Below are positions 19,665 to 29,335 of a stretch of 64,000 nt of DNA, in pieces (within the stretch, counting starts at the first letter, position 1; every line of letters starts with the position of its first letter). Made by a program: the position numbers and the translations under genes. The stretch comes from an uncultured Thermoleophilia bacterium (GTDB lineage: Bacteria; Actinomycetota; Thermoleophilia; UBA2241). The DNA is taken from contig CAVPCT010000009.1 in assembly GCA_963702475.1 (NCBI GenBank), positions 224,001 to 288,000 on the forward strand, in the 5' to 3' direction. The notes beneath the pieces are model-generated. The model did no database searches. It saw only the letters and a list, made by a program, of their open reading frames with translations, and had not been told where the DNA came from.

Positions 19665-21589
19665 GCGCGCCCGTCGAGGTCAGCGGAGTCGCCTGCGACA
19701 CCGGCGGCGTGAACGTGCGTATCGTGCCCGGAGAGCCGGTGCTCGACGTGCGTGACCTGTCGGTGGGCTACCGCCAGCACCACGGGGACGTCCTTCGGGT
19801 CGCGGCCGGGGTCGACCTGGTGTTGCGCGGCGGGGAGGTGCTCGGTCTTGCGGGGGAGTCCGGTTGCGGCAAGAGCACGGCCGCCCTCGCTGCCGTCGGC
19901 TATCGCCACCCCGGCGGCGTGATCCTGAGCGGCCGTTCGCTGCTCGGCGACACCGACCTGCTGCAGCTGCCGCAGTCCTCGCTGCGGACGCTGTGGGGCG
20001 GCCGCGTGGCGTACATCTCACAGAACGCGGCCGCCTCTCTCGACCCGTCCATGACGATCACCCGGCACTTCGACGAGGTCCTGAGCAAGCATGCCGGCAT
20101 CAAGGGCCAGGCCGCCGCCGCGCGCAAGCTCGAGCTGCTCGAGCAGGTGCGCATACCGGACCCCCCGGGCGCGCTGCTGCGCTACCCGCATCAGCTGAGC
20201 GGCGGCCAGCAGCAGCGCGTGTCGCTGGCGCTCGCGTTCGCCTGCCACCCGGCCGCCCTCATCCTTGACGAGCCCACCACCGGCCTCGACGTGACCACGC
20301 AGACGCAGATCACGGCCCTTCTTCGCGCGCTGATCGCCGAGACGGGCGTGGCCGTGATGTACGTGAGCCACGACCTCGCGCTTCTCTCCACGGTGGCCAA
20401 CGACGTGGCGGTGATGTACGCAGGCGAGATCGTGGAGCGCGGGCCGGTACGGTCGCTGGTCACCGAGCCGCTCCATCCCTACACGCACGCACTGCTGCAT
20501 GCGGTGCCCAGTGCCCGCGGCCGCCAGGCGATCGCGGGCATCCCCGGCGAGCCCCCGGTGAGCGTCAGCGACACCAGCTGCTCGTTCGCGCCCCGCTGCC
20601 CGTATGCCCTCGACGGCTGCCGGGACGCTCACCCCGAGGCGCGTGAGCTCGCACCCGGCCGCACCGTGCGCTGCGTGCGCGCTGAGGAGGTGCACGAGGG
20701 TCTGCGCATCGTGTCCATGCCGACTCTTGCCGACGGGGGCGCGGCCGCCGGGGTCGCCACGGCGGTCGTTGACCTGCTGGAGGTGGACAAGGTCTCCTGC
20801 TACTACGGCACCGGTCGCCGCCGTGTGCGCGTGGTCCGCGATATCTCCTTCAGGCTCGGCGACGCCGAGGTGCTCGGCATCGTCGGCCTCAGCGGGAGCG
20901 GCAAGTCCACGCTGCTGCGCGCCATCGCCGGCGTGCTCGACGATGTGGAGGGCTCCATCGTCTTCCGCGGCGAGCCGCTGGCGCGCAGCGCCGTGAAGCG
21001 CCCGCGTGCGATCCGGCGACAGGTGCAGATCGTCTTCCAGGATCCCGCCTCGTCTCTCAACCCGCGCCACACCGTGGGGCAGATCATCGCGCGAGCCGTC
21101 TCGCTCTTCCGCGAGGACGTGCCCCACGACCGCACCGGCGAAGCCGTCGCCGAGCTCCTCGAGAGCGTGAAGCTCTCGCGCGCCTTCGTGGGCCGGTACC
21201 CTTCGGAGCTCAGTGGCGGCCAGCAGCAGCGCGTGGCCATAGCGCGCGCGTTCGCCGCTCGCCCAAGCCTTCTGCTCTGCGACGAGGTGACCTCCGCGTT
21301 GGACGTCTCGGTGGCCGCGACCATCATCGAGCTCCTCCGCGACCTCATCAGCCGATCCGGCACGGCCGTGCTGTTCGTCAGCCACGACCTGGCCGTGGTG
21401 CGCACCGTCGCCGACCGGGCCATCGTGATGCGCGACGGTCTGTTGTGCGAGGCCGGTTCCACTGAGGCCCTGTTCCTGCGTCCGCGCCACCCCTACACGG
21501 TGGAGCTGCTGTCCTCCATCCCCGACATCGCCGACGTGCGCTCACGCGTGCAGGCCGAGCGCGCGTCGCGGCCGGGAGGGAGCGCGTGA
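19661..21589 (+). CDS. Fused double ABC ATPase (DppD/F-like)
   Basis: Two Walker A motifs ([16 protein letters not shown]), two LSGGQQQR signatures, HPYT and C.FAPRC motifs. Confidence 0.93.
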   Translation: MSAPVEVSGVACDTGGVNVRIVPGEPVLDVRDLSVGYRQHHGDVLRVAAGVDLVLRGGEVLGLAGESGCGKSTAALAAVGYRHPGGVILSGRSLLGDTDLLQLPQSSLRTLWGGRVAYISQNAAASLDPSMTITRHFDEVLSKHAGIKGQAAAARKLELLEQVRIPDPPGALLRYPHQLSGGQQQRVSLALAFACHPAALILDEPTTGLDVTTQTQITALLRALIAETGVAVMYVSHDLALLSTVANDVAVMYAGEIVERGPVRSLVTEPLHPYTHALLHAVPSARGRQAIAGIPGEPPVSVSDTSCSFAPRCPYALDGCRDAHPEARELAPGRTVRCVRAEEVHEGLRIVSMPTLADGGAAAGVATAVVDLLEVDKVSCYYGTGRRRVRVVRDISFRLGDAEVLGIVGLSGSGKSTLLRAIAGVLDDVEGSIVFRGEPLARSAVKRPRAIRRQVQIVFQDPASSLNPRHTVGQIIARAVSLFREDVPHDRTGEAVAELLESVKLSRAFVGRYPSELSGGQQQRVAIARAFAARPSLLLCDEVTSALDVSVAATIIELLRDLISRSGTAVLFVSHDLAVVRTVADRAIVMRDGLLCEAGSTEALFLRPRHPYTVELLSSIPDIADVRSRVQAERASRPGGSA

Positions 21590-22692
21590 GCGGCGGCGCT
21601 GTCGTCGTGGCCGGTGGCGGCGCCCAGGGGCTTGCACTGGCAGCCGGGCTCACACGCGCCGGGCACGAGGTGATCCTGTTCGAGACGGAGGCGCGCCGCG
21701 AGCGCATCGCGCCGTTTCTGAGCGGAGGTCCGATCACCGTGCTCGAGCGGAGCGAGGTCGCGGCCGTCTCACCCGCCATGGTCACCTGCGACCCTTTCGA
21801 GGCGTTCGCCGCCGCCGATGTGCTGCTCGTCATGGTACCGCCGCGCGAGCGCCGCGCGTTCGGAGAGCTGCTGTTGCCACTCGTCGAGCCTCGCCACGTG
21901 CTGGTGGTCGCCTCCGGCGGACTGGACGCACTGTTGTTCGCACACTGGCTGCTCGCCCGCGGGCGCTGGATCGACGGCTTGGCGACGTTCGCCGCCACGG
22001 ACCTCGAGCCGTACACGTGTCACAGGAGAGGACCGGATGCCGTGAGCGTGCACGGGCGGACGGCGCCGCTGGGGGTCGGGGTGTTCCCGGCTTCGCGGAC
22101 CCCGGGGGCGCTGCAGGTCCTCGAGCCGCTCCTGGGTCCGCTCAACGCCTACCCGCACGCTGCGGCTGCGGGTCTGTGTGACGCGGTCGCCCTGCTGCGC
22201 TTGGGCACGCTCGTGTTCAATGCTGCCCGCGTGGAGCGCGGCGCGGAAGCGTTCCTGCTGTACGAAGACGGGTTCACGCCCGGTGTGGCGGCCGTGCTCG
22301 AGGCGCTGGACGCCGAGCGCCGGGCAGTGGCGGCGGCCCTCGGATACGCAGCGCCGCGCCTCGAAGAGGTCCTCACTGCCGCGGGCCTGGGGCCGCGAGG
22401 CGACCTGTGGACCACCGTGCACGCCAGCCGCGTGCTCTCGCGCGTGCAGGCTCCGCGGGCACTCGATGGGCGCTGGCTGAGCGACGGCCTGGCCGCGGTA
22501 CGCGCATGGGTCGCGCTTGGAGAGCACCTGGACGTGCCGGTCCCGGGGCTGGCCGCCGCCGCGCGTCTCGCGAGCGCGCTGCTGGGCTCTGACGAGGCCG
22601 GCGGCGAGAGCCCGCTGGAGGCGCTGGGAGTGGAGCGCATGGATCGAGATGCGCTCCTGCGCTACTTGCAGGCGGGGGAGACCGGCCAATGA
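21586..22692 (+). CDS. NAD(P)-dependent octopine/opine dehydrogenase-fold protein, degenerate active site
   Basis: GGGAQG Rossmann motif; GVGVFPA and [28 protein letters not shown] of the Octopine_DH domain. Confidence 0.78.
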   Translation: MSGGAVVVAGGGAQGLALAAGLTRAGHEVILFETEARRERIAPFLSGGPITVLERSEVAAVSPAMVTCDPFEAFAAADVLLVMVPPRERRAFGELLLPLVEPRHVLVVASGGLDALLFAHWLLARGRWIDGLATFAATDLEPYTCHRRGPDAVSVHGRTAPLGVGVFPASRTPGALQVLEPLLGPLNAYPHAAAAGLCDAVALLRLGTLVFNAARVERGAEAFLLYEDGFTPGVAAVLEALDAERRAVAAALGYAAPRLEEVLTAAGLGPRGDLWTTVHASRVLSRVQAPRALDGRWLSDGLAAVRAWVALGEHLDVPVPGLAAAARLASALLGSDEAGGESPLEALGVERMDRDALLRYLQAGETGQ

Positions 22693-23798
22693 GCGGGGAG
22701 GGCGATATGGGCATCAGAGTGCACGCCGACGGGCAGTGGGTGAGGGGGCCTGCAGCGTGGCCCGGTCCCGTGATCGCCGACGCGCACAACGACCTGCTCG
22801 TGGAGGTCGGCGCCTTCGACCACGAGCCCCACGCCTTCCGCGACCGCTGGCTGCGCCAGCTCAGGGACGGCGGCGTGGCGCTGCAGTTCTGTCCCGTGTC
22901 AGTGGGCGTCGAGCAACTCCCCGAGTGGGGCCTCCGCATGGCCCTGCGTCAGGCTGCGGCGTGCCACCGCGCCGTCCTGGACGATCCCGCGGAGCTCGTG
23001 CTGGTGCGCGAGCGGCGCGATCTCGACGAGGCGGCCGCGAGCGCGCGCACGGCTCTTCTGCTGTCGATGGAGGGTGCGGAGCCGCTGGGCTACGACCCGT
23101 CCATGCTCGACGTGTTCTGGCTGCTCGGCGTGCGCGCGCTGGCTCTCACCTGGAACCGGCGCAATCCGTTTGCCGACGGCCTCAGCGAACAGACTGACGG
23201 CGGGCTCAGCGAGCTCGGCAGGGACCTCGTCGCTCGAGCCGCCCGCCTCGGCATGATCATGGACCTGGCTCACGCCTCACCTCGGACCTTCGACGAGGTC
23301 CTCGAGGGGGCCCCCGACGCCCCCGTCATCGTCAGCCACGCCGGCTGCCGGGCGGTGTTCGACACGCCGCGGAACTTGACGGATGAGCAGCTGCGGGTGC
23401 TCGCGGAGCGCGGCGGCGTGCTCGGCGTGATGGCGTTGCCCCTGACCGTGGACCTGCACGAGCCCACGCTCGAGCGGTTCCTCGACCACGTCGACCACGC
23501 GGTCGCCGTGATGGGCGCCGCACACGTCGGTCTCGGCGCCGATTTCATGGAGCAGATCGTGGCCTCGGGGGCCGAACCTGCCGTGCAGGCCACGAGCCTC
23601 ATGCCCGAGGGCCGGTCGTTCGCCGAAGCCATACCCGGCCTGGCCGGGCCGCTCGACTACCCGGCGCTTGCCGACGCGCTGGCCGGGCGCGGACACGACG
23701 AAAGCGTCGTGGCCGCCATCCTGGGAGGCAACCTTGTCCGGCTCGTGGCTGCGGCGCTCGACGCGGTCCCGGGCTCCGAGTGGAGGGAGGTCCAGTGA
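22689..23798 (+). CDS. Membrane/renal dipeptidase family (M19)
   Basis: DAHND, SMEG, LTWN, DLAH, SHA, RNLTD and GLGADF motifs. Confidence 0.92.
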   Translation: MSGEGDMGIRVHADGQWVRGPAAWPGPVIADAHNDLLVEVGAFDHEPHAFRDRWLRQLRDGGVALQFCPVSVGVEQLPEWGLRMALRQAAACHRAVLDDPAELVLVRERRDLDEAAASARTALLLSMEGAEPLGYDPSMLDVFWLLGVRALALTWNRRNPFADGLSEQTDGGLSELGRDLVARAARLGMIMDLAHASPRTFDEVLEGAPDAPVIVSHAGCRAVFDTPRNLTDEQLRVLAERGGVLGVMALPLTVDLHEPTLERFLDHVDHAVAVMGAAHVGLGADFMEQIVASGAEPAVQATSLMPEGRSFAEAIPGLAGPLDYPALADALAGRGHDESVVAAILGGNLVRLVAAALDAVPGSEWREVQ

Positions 23799-24463
23799 GC
23801 GCGGATGCGGAAGCATCGCTCGCCGCGATCGTGGCGGCGTTCACCGGCGGCGACTACGACGGCGTCTCCGGGCTCGTGCAGCGAGGTCTGGACCAGGGAC
23901 TCGCGCCACAGACACTGATGGACGACGGCCTCGTCGCGGGCATCCGCGAGGTGGGGGAGATGTTCCGTCGCGGTGAGGCGTACCTGCCGGAGCTGCTGCT
24001 GGCCGCCGAGGCGTGGGAGGCCGGCGTGGCGGTCCTCCGGCCGCACCTCGCCGACGCGCCTCTCGCCCAAGTGGCGGGCGTCGTCGTCATCGGGACGGTG
24101 AAAGGCGACATCCACTCGCTCGGCAAGGACATCGTCACGACCATGCTGCGCACCGCCGGGTTCGAGGTCGTGGATCTCGGGGTCGACGTCCCGGCGTCGC
24201 GATTCGTCACGGCTGCGGCAGAGGCGCACGCCGACGTCATCGCGGTCACCGCCCTGATGACCACCACGATGCCCCAGCAGCGCGAGGTGATCGCGCATCT
24301 CATCGCGAGCGGTCACAGAGACGACGTGGCTGTGCTCGTCGGCGGTGCGTCCACCACTGACGCATGGGCCGCCGAGATCGGCGCCGACGGGCACGGCGAG
24401 ACGGCGGCCGACGCCGTGAGCCTGGCGCAAGAGATTTGCGGACGGACGCGGAGGGGGGCCTGA
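23795..24463 (+). CDS. Methyltransferase cognate corrinoid (B12-binding) protein, MtmC/MttC-like
   Basis: B12 cap domain plus GTVKGDIHSLGK (DxHxxG), DLGVDVP, ALMTTT and VGG motifs. Confidence 0.93.
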   Translation: MSADAEASLAAIVAAFTGGDYDGVSGLVQRGLDQGLAPQTLMDDGLVAGIREVGEMFRRGEAYLPELLLAAEAWEAGVAVLRPHLADAPLAQVAGVVVIGTVKGDIHSLGKDIVTTMLRTAGFEVVDLGVDVPASRFVTAAAEAHADVIAVTALMTTTMPQQREVIAHLIASGHRDDVAVLVGGASTTDAWAAEIGADGHGETAADAVSLAQEICGRTRRGA

Positions 24464-25848
24464 TGCTCACCAACCTGGAGATCTTCCGGCGCGCGAGCGC
24501 GGGCGAGATCTGCGCACAGAAGGACTTCGACCTCAAGCGGTACATCCCCACGGTGCGGCGGCTGGCCAGGGAGTTCGGCATCAGCTACGACCCCGCCCAC
24601 CCGGTGCCGTCGGACGACGACCTTGCGGACCGGCTGTGGGAGGCCGGCAGGCGTCTGTTCCTCGAGGTCGGCGCCTATTGCGTCGACACCGAGCGGGTGA
24701 TCGCCTTCGAGGAGGCCGAGCTCGACCAGGCCCTGGCGCACGCACCGAGGACGGTGACACTCGGGACCGGTCAGTACGCGAGGACGATCCCGGCGCGCCG
24801 GCCGGAGAGCGATGTACTGCCGTTCTTCTCGCTGGGCGCCTGCGGCGCTCCGGTCTCGACTGACGACGTCTTCGTGAGCCTCTCACAGGCGTACTGCGAG
24901 ATCCCCTACGCCGACGCCCTCGCCGTGCCGTCCCTCACGCAGGTGGACGGCATGACCATCGTAGCGGGCAGCCCGCTCGAGGTGGAGGGGTGCGTCCGCA
25001 CCGTCACGATGGCGAGGGAGGCCGCGCGCCGCGCCGGCCGCGCCGGCATGGGCATCTCCAACACGGTGCCCACCGGCGTGCGCTCACAGGGCCACATCGC
25101 CGGCAACGCGGCCGCCGCCGACCAGTACGACATGATGGAGATCGGCGGCGTCGCCGAGCTGAAGATCGACTTCGACAGCATGAGCAAGATCGCGTACATG
25201 CTGGGGCGGGGCCGCACGATCCTCGGAGAGACGGGGCCCATCATCGGCGGCTACGCCGGCGGACCGGAGACCTGTGCCGTCACCCTGGTGGCCTATCACT
25301 TCTTCGCGCTGCTCGTCCTGCGGGCCAGCGTCCAGCATCCGTTCACGTCCCACTACCAGACGCAATCGTGCACGTCCAGGCAGGCCCTGTGGCTCACCGC
25401 GCTGGCTCTGCAGGCGATCACCCGGCACAGCCGCGTGCCGTGTCTGGAGACCGGGACTTTCGCGGGTGGAGCCGGCACGGAGATGAGCCTCTTCGAGGCG
25501 GCCGCCATGTCGGCCGCGACCGTGGTCTCCGGCGCCAACATCGAGGCCGCCCCCGCCGCCAGAGCCACGCGCATCGATCACCAGTGCCCGCTGACGAGCC
25601 TGTTCACGGCCGAATGCGGGCGCTCCGTAGCGGGCATGTCGCGCGCCGACGTGAACGCCATCGTCGTGCGACTGCTGGACCGGTACGAGCACCTCCTGGA
25701 CGACCCCCCGCCAGGGCGCCGCTACCAGGACTGCTTCGACATGGGGAGCAGGCGTCCCGACGCGGAGGCTCTGGCTGTGTACCGACACGCCCGTGACGAG
25801 CTCGAGGGCATGGGCCTTGAGTTCAGGGACCCGCCCTTCTATGCCTGA
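24463..25848 (+). CDS. MtmB (monomethylamine:corrinoid methyltransferase) family protein without pyrrolysine
   Basis: RRASAG....KDFD, VPSDDDLADRL, YCVDTERVI, AGRAGM, ELKIDF and IGGYAGGPE motifs; no in-frame TAG. Confidence 0.85.
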   Translation: MLTNLEIFRRASAGEICAQKDFDLKRYIPTVRRLAREFGISYDPAHPVPSDDDLADRLWEAGRRLFLEVGAYCVDTERVIAFEEAELDQALAHAPRTVTLGTGQYARTIPARRPESDVLPFFSLGACGAPVSTDDVFVSLSQAYCEIPYADALAVPSLTQVDGMTIVAGSPLEVEGCVRTVTMAREAARRAGRAGMGISNTVPTGVRSQGHIAGNAAAADQYDMMEIGGVAELKIDFDSMSKIAYMLGRGRTILGETGPIIGGYAGGPETCAVTLVAYHFFALLVLRASVQHPFTSHYQTQSCTSRQALWLTALALQAITRHSRVPCLETGTFAGGAGTEMSLFEAAAMSAATVVSGANIEAAPAARATRIDHQCPLTSLFTAECGRSVAGMSRADVNAIVVRLLDRYEHLLDDPPPGRRYQDCFDMGSRRPDAEALAVYRHARDELEGMGLEFRDPPFYA

Positions 25849-25956
25849 TGCACGCGACGCGTCTGAGTAGCTCCGCACGAGAGGCCGGCAGATGAGAACG
25901 ACAGGCGCGCAGTGCCTCGCCCGCGTGAGGCGCAGCAGCGCGAGGAGGATCAGATC

Positions 25957-26988
25957 ATGAGCGCAGCCGCGTACACGCCGCCGGCGGGCGCGGAGGTGGT
26001 CAGCACCATCGAAGCTCACGCCGCCGGGGAGCCTCTTCGCGTGATCGTCGAGGGCCTCCCGTCCATCCCCGGGCACACGATGCTGGCCAAGCGCCGTCAC
26101 GCCCAGGAGTACCTGGACACGTGGCGGCGCAGGCTCATGTGGGAGCCCCGGGGGCACGCCGACATGTACGGGGCCATCCTCACGGACCCGGTCCGTGAGG
26201 GCAGCACGTGTGGTGTGCTCTTCCTGCACAACGAGGGCTTCAGCACCATGTGCGGGCACGGCGTGATCGCACTCGCGACCGTACTCGTCGAGGCCGGGCT
26301 CGTGAGCGCGGACGACAGCCCCGTGGTCATCCCGATAGACACGCCGGCCGGCCTCGTCGTGGCGCGCGTCGAGCACGACGGCGGCCGCGTGCGCGACGTG
26401 GCGTTCACGAACGTGCCCTCCTTCGTGTACCGGCGGGGCATAGAAGTGGAGGTCCCCGGCCTCGGCGCCACCGTGTGCGACATCGCCTTCGGCGGCGCCT
26501 ACTACGCGTTCTGCGAGGCCGGCGACCTCGGCCTCTCGCTCGAGCCTTCGAAGCACGACCGCCTGATCGACGCGGGCAGGCAGGTGAAGGCCGCGGTGCT
26601 CGCCCAGGTGTCCATCGACGACCCGGTGGCGCCCGACCTGGGCTTTCTGTACGGGGTGATCTTCACGGGCCCTGCGGGCGAGGCCGGTCACCACAGCAGG
26701 CACGTCTGCGTCTTCGCGGAGGGCGAGGTGGACCGTTCGCCCACGGGCACCGGCGTGAGCGCCAGAGCCGCTCTGCTGTACGACGCGCGCGAGCTCGATG
26801 ACGGTGAGGCCATCGTCATCGAGAGCATCCTCGGCACCTGCTTCGGTGTCACGGTCGTCGGCCACGACTCCGTCGGGGCGCATCCGGCGGTCATACCCCA
26901 GGTGTCCGGGGAGGCGTTCATCACCGGCACGAGCACGTTCTTCGTCGACCCGAAGGATCCGCTGGGCGATGGCTTCATCTTTCGCTGA
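25957..26988 (+). CDS. Proline racemase family, Cys/Thr type (trans-3-hydroxy-L-proline dehydratase-like)
   Basis: H.AGEPLR, EPRGHADMYG, MCGHG and DRSPTGTG motifs; GAGGAGG SD. Confidence 0.88.
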   Translation: MSAAAYTPPAGAEVVSTIEAHAAGEPLRVIVEGLPSIPGHTMLAKRRHAQEYLDTWRRRLMWEPRGHADMYGAILTDPVREGSTCGVLFLHNEGFSTMCGHGVIALATVLVEAGLVSADDSPVVIPIDTPAGLVVARVEHDGGRVRDVAFTNVPSFVYRRGIEVEVPGLGATVCDIAFGGAYYAFCEAGDLGLSLEPSKHDRLIDAGRQVKAAVLAQVSIDDPVAPDLGFLYGVIFTGPAGEAGHHSRHVCVFAEGEVDRSPTGTGVSARAALLYDARELDDGEAIVIESILGTCFGVTVVGHDSVGAHPAVIPQVSGEAFITGTSTFFVDPKDPLGDGFIFR

Positions 26989-27050
26989 GTGACCGTCGTG
27001 TCATCAGTATCCAGAATGTATACACTGTGCATCTGCAGTGGATGCGATAC
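26989..27050 (+). promoter_or_regulatory. Internal promoter-like region (GTGACC-N17-CAGAAT) with perfect TGTATACA palindrome
   Basis: TGTATACA 27017-27024, preceded by agtatcc; AT-rich patch. Confidence 0.55.
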
Positions 27051-27103
27051 CTCGGACCCTGGCGCGCTTGACTGCGTCCACGGCCGGGCAGGGGGGTTGA
27101 CGC

Positions 27104-28060
27104 ATGGAAGAGTACATGTGGGACTATCGCGACCCGTACGAGTGGATGGCGCGCACCGCCAGGTTCCCTCCCATGATCGTCACGTGCGCCGTTGACGGCG
27201 GCATCCAGGGCAAAGAGAGCCATCCGGCGCTGCCCGAGCTGCCCCATGAGATCGCGCTCGAGTGCCAGGCCGCGTACGAGGCCGGCGCCACGGTGGTGCA
27301 CATCCACGGTCGCGACCCGGACAACTTCACGAATTGCACCGACGATCCGGAGGTGTACCGGGAGATCCTCGGCATGGTGCGCGAGAAGTGCCCAGAGCTC
27401 GTCCTCAACATCACCACCGGCGGTGGCCCCACCACCACCGACGAAGGCCGCTTCGCCGTGCTGGAAGCGGGCCCGGAGATGGCGACGCTCAACCTCGGCC
27501 CCGACATGGAGCGGTTCGAACTGGCCGAGCGAAAGCCACCGCTCCCGCATCCACGCGAGGCGATGGTGATCGACATGATCATGCCGTTCACCTACGGCTT
27601 CATCGACCGGCTGGCCGAGAAGATGCAGGCGAAGGGCATCAAGCCGGAACTGGAGATCTACCAGCCCGGGCAGTTCTGGGTGAGCCGCGGGCTGGCGGAG
27701 CGCGGGCTCATCACGCCGCCCTATTCGCACCAATTCGTCATGGGCGTCCAGACGGCCATGTACCCGACGCCCTGGAACGTGCTCGCCATGATCCGGGAGC
27801 TCCCGTCCGAGTCGCTGTTCACGATCGCCGCCATCGGCAAGTTCCAGTGGCCGTTGGTGACCATGGGCATCATCCTCGGCGGCCACGTGCGCGTCGGACT
27901 CGAAGACAACCTGTACGAGAGGCGCGGCCGCAAGCTCACTGGCAACGGGGAGGCGGTGCAGAAGGTGGTCCGCCTCGCCGCCGAGTTCGGCCGCGAGATC
28001 GCCACACCGGCGCAGGCGCGCGCGATGCTGGGTCTCTCGCCCACACCAAGCAGCTACTGA
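27104..28060 (+). CDS. Beta-keto acid cleavage enzyme (BKACE/Kce/DUF849)
   Basis: IVTCAV.G, AGA.VVHIH.RD, TTGG, KPELE and GHVRVGLEDN motifs. Confidence 0.92.
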   Translation: MEEYMWDYRDPYEWMARTARFPPMIVTCAVDGGIQGKESHPALPELPHEIALECQAAYEAGATVVHIHGRDPDNFTNCTDDPEVYREILGMVREKCPELVLNITTGGGPTTTDEGRFAVLEAGPEMATLNLGPDMERFELAERKPPLPHPREAMVIDMIMPFTYGFIDRLAEKMQAKGIKPELEIYQPGQFWVSRGLAERGLITPPYSHQFVMGVQTAMYPTPWNVLAMIRELPSESLFTIAAIGKFQWPLVTMGIILGGHVRVGLEDNLYERRGRKLTGNGEAVQKVVRLAAEFGREIATPAQARAMLGLSPTPSSY

Positions 28061-28073
28061 GAAGGGGGAGTCA

Positions 28074-29309
28074 ATGGACACGCAGAAGTCGGAGGTGCTG
28101 TTCGAGCGCCTGGCCCAGGTGATGCCCGGCGCCTCCACCCGCACGGTCACGCACTACGCCCCGATACCGATCGCGCTGCAGCGGGGCGAGGGATGTCGGC
28201 TGTGGGACGTCGACGGCAACAGCTTCGTAGACCTGCTCAACAACTACACGGCGCTGGTGCACGGCCACAACCACCCGGCCATCGTCGAGGCCATCGTGCG
28301 CACGGCGACGGGGGGGTTGAGCGCCGCCGTACCGGCGCCCATCGAGCTGCAGGGCGAGCTGGCGGAGCGGCTGTGCGCGCGTACCCCGTCCATGGACAGT
28401 GTGCGCTTCACCAACTCGGCCTCGGAGGCCGTCATGATGGCCGTGCGCGTGGCCCGCGCCTACACCGGCAAGGACGACTTCATCATGCCGGCCAACGGAT
28501 ACGGCGGGGGCTGGGACCAGGTGATGCTGGCCGGCACCGACGAGGAGCACCCGGAGGGCGCCCAGGGCGGCGTGCCGGCGGGCATCCCCCAGGTGCTCAC
28601 GGAGGTCGTCCACTTCGTGCGCTTCAACGACCTCGCCCACCTCGAGGAGCTCCTCGAGAAGCACGGGCCCACGACGGCCGCCGTGCTTCTCGAGCCGATC
28701 CTGGGGCACATCCTGGCACCGGCCGACCCGGACTTCATCCGTGGCGCCCTCGAGCTCGCGCATCGGCACGACGCCCTGCTCATCCTCGACGAGACCATCA
28801 CGTCGCGCGTGTACGTGGGCGGCTGGCAGGCGGAACACGGCATCGAACCCGACCTCACGACCCTTGGCAAGACCATCGGGGGCGGCATGCCGGTCGGCGC
28901 CTTCGGCGGCAAGGGGCACGTCATGCGGATACTGGACCCTCGCGCGGACGACGCGCTTGCGGCGCACGGGACCATGAACGGCAGTCCACTGTGCATGGCC
29001 GCGGGCTGCGCCAGCCTCGACCTGCTCACGCAGTCGGCAATAGACCGCATCAACGGTATGGGTGACTCCCTCGCATCCGAGCTCGACGTCGTCGGCAAGG
29101 AGGCGGGCGTGCGCGTGCACAACTACGGCTCCCTCCTGCAGGCGAACGCGCCGGACGCCCTCGCCTTGCACCGCGCGTGCCTGGAGGAGGGCCTGTACAT
29201 CGCCCCGCGCGGCAGCATGAACCTCTCCACGGTGATGGATGAAGAGGTCCTCGGGGAGATCTTGGCAGCGTGGACGCGCGCCGTGGACCGCGTGAGCGCC
29301 GTCCGCTGA
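28074..29309 (+). CDS. Class III PLP aminotransferase, GSA-aminomutase-like / beta-amino-acid transaminase type
   Basis: MPGASTR, DLLNNYTALVHGH, RFTNS.SEA, DE..T and LGKTIGGG.PVGAFGG motifs. Confidence 0.88.
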   Translation: MDTQKSEVLFERLAQVMPGASTRTVTHYAPIPIALQRGEGCRLWDVDGNSFVDLLNNYTALVHGHNHPAIVEAIVRTATGGLSAAVPAPIELQGELAERLCARTPSMDSVRFTNSASEAVMMAVRVARAYTGKDDFIMPANGYGGGWDQVMLAGTDEEHPEGAQGGVPAGIPQVLTEVVHFVRFNDLAHLEELLEKHGPTTAAVLLEPILGHILAPADPDFIRGALELAHRHDALLILDETITSRVYVGGWQAEHGIEPDLTTLGKTIGGGMPVGAFGGKGHVMRILDPRADDALAAHGTMNGSPLCMAAGCASLDLLTQSAIDRINGMGDSLASELDVVGKEAGVRVHNYGSLLQANAPDALALHRACLEEGLYIAPRGSMNLSTVMDEEVLGEILAAWTRAVDRVSAVR

Positions 29310-29335
29310 CGCGGTGCAGAGCGGAGGGCCGAGCC

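Noticed and set aside
25849-25956. Cobalamin riboswitch near the corrinoid genes
   Set aside because: No GGGAA...GCCACTG B12-box pattern seen here or in the other island intergenic regions
28074-29309. Calling the class III aminotransferase hemL
   Set aside because: Lacks the HemL GGVNSPVR signature and sits in a catabolic context
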